A stretch of 64,000 nt of DNA from an uncultured Holophagales bacterium (GTDB lineage Bacteria > Acidobacteriota > Thermoanaerobaculia > Multivoradales > UBA5704), in contig CAWJGT010000009.1 in NCBI GenBank assembly GCA_963842525.1, positions 1,216,001-1,280,000 of the forward strand, written 5' to 3'. Below, in pieces: positions 63,336 to 64,000 of the stretch. Both the position numbers and the translations under genes were made by a program. Positions within the stretch are counted from its first letter, which is position 1. Each line of letters starts with the position of its first letter. Below the pieces are notes generated by a model that saw only the letters and a program-made list of their open reading frames with translations, made no database searches and was not told where the DNA came from.

Positions 63336-64000
63336 CTACGCCGCCGGCCGCAGCTCTTCCTTCTTCGGCGCCAGCCGGCGGAAGGCGTCCTTGAGGCCCG
63401 CCACCCCGCGCAGGTCTTCGAAGATCGAATAGAAGACCGGGGTGGCGACCAGGGTCAGCAGCAGCGAGAGGGTCTGGCCGCCGATGACCACCACGGCGAT
63501 GGCGCGGCGCTCCTCGGCGCCCGGGCCGGTGCCGAGGGCGAGCGGCATCATGCCGGCCACCAGCGCGAGGGTGGTCATCAGGATCGGCCGCAGCCGGTCC
63601 CGGTTGGCCTGGAGGATGGCGGCGCCGCGCTCCATCCCTTTCGACCGCAGGCCGTTCATGTGGTCGATCTGCAGGATGGCGTTCTTCTTGACCACGCCGA
63701 AGAGGACCAGGACGCCCAAAGCGGAATAGAGGTTCAGCGTGTTGCCGGTCACCCACAACGAGAAGAAGGCGAAGGGGACGGACAGGGGCAGCGAGATGAG
63801 GATGGTCAGCGGGTGGACCAGGCTCTCGAACTGCGAGGCCAGGATCATGTACATGAAGGCGATCGACAGGGTCAGGGCGAAGAGGAACTCGCGGTAGGTC
63901 CGCGCCAGCTCCCGGCCGCGCCCACCCACGGATGTGGAATAACCCGGCGGCAGGTCCATCTCGGTCACTGCCTGCTGGAGGGCCTCCAGCCGGTCGGCCA
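63336..64000 (-). CDS. RND efflux permease, C-terminal part (5'-partial); paralogue of 52987..56179
   Basis: [42 protein letters not shown]. Confidence 0.9.
   Translation of the reverse strand, partial: ADRLEALQQAVTEMDLPPGYSTSVGGRGRELARTYREFLFALTLSIAFMYMILASQFESLVHPLTILISLPLSVPFAFFSLWVTGNTLNLYSALGVLVLFGVVKKNAILQIDHMNGLRSKGMERGAAILQANRDRLRPILMTTLALVAGMMPLALGTGPGAEERRAIAVVVIGGQTLSLLLTLVATPVFYSIFEDLRGVAGLKDAFRRLAPKKEELRPAA

Overview
High-GC bacterial window; the gene families suggest Acidobacteriota/Thermoanaerobaculia (inference). From left to right it holds: (1) the 3' end of a hybrid PKS-NRPS (AT end-KR-ACP-TE-A-T-C-A-T-TE) with an amidinotransferase; (2) housekeeping genes rimO, ribF, trxA and an M24 peptidase; (3) a secreted S8 protease, a UGA-recoded AhpC/TSA selenoprotein, a beta-lactamase/NamZ fusion and a CHAT-protease cluster; (4) assorted metabolic genes; (5) two paralogous RND transporters flanking a VapBC/STAND-NTPase/RhuM segment. 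Four type II toxin-antitoxin modules are scattered across the window. The most striking element is 44074-49200. There a 512-aa protein of about 20 Thr/Cys repeats (ITCGGxTxCGGIxTCGxTC) directly precedes an APH-like kinase, a HopA1-like lyase and a LanC cyclase. This is class V lanthipeptide-type machinery paired with a protein-sized, apparently leaderless substrate. Other notable structure: a 150-bp palindromic element inserted in frame in an NRPS A domain, and arrays repeating a 6-bp palindrome every 20-21 bp. Most frameshifts are single-base insertions at GAGCT(C), which points to motif-linked read errors rather than true pseudogenes. No rRNA, tRNA, CRISPR array, integrase or transposase was recognised. 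All calls come from reading motifs by eye; no database search was run.
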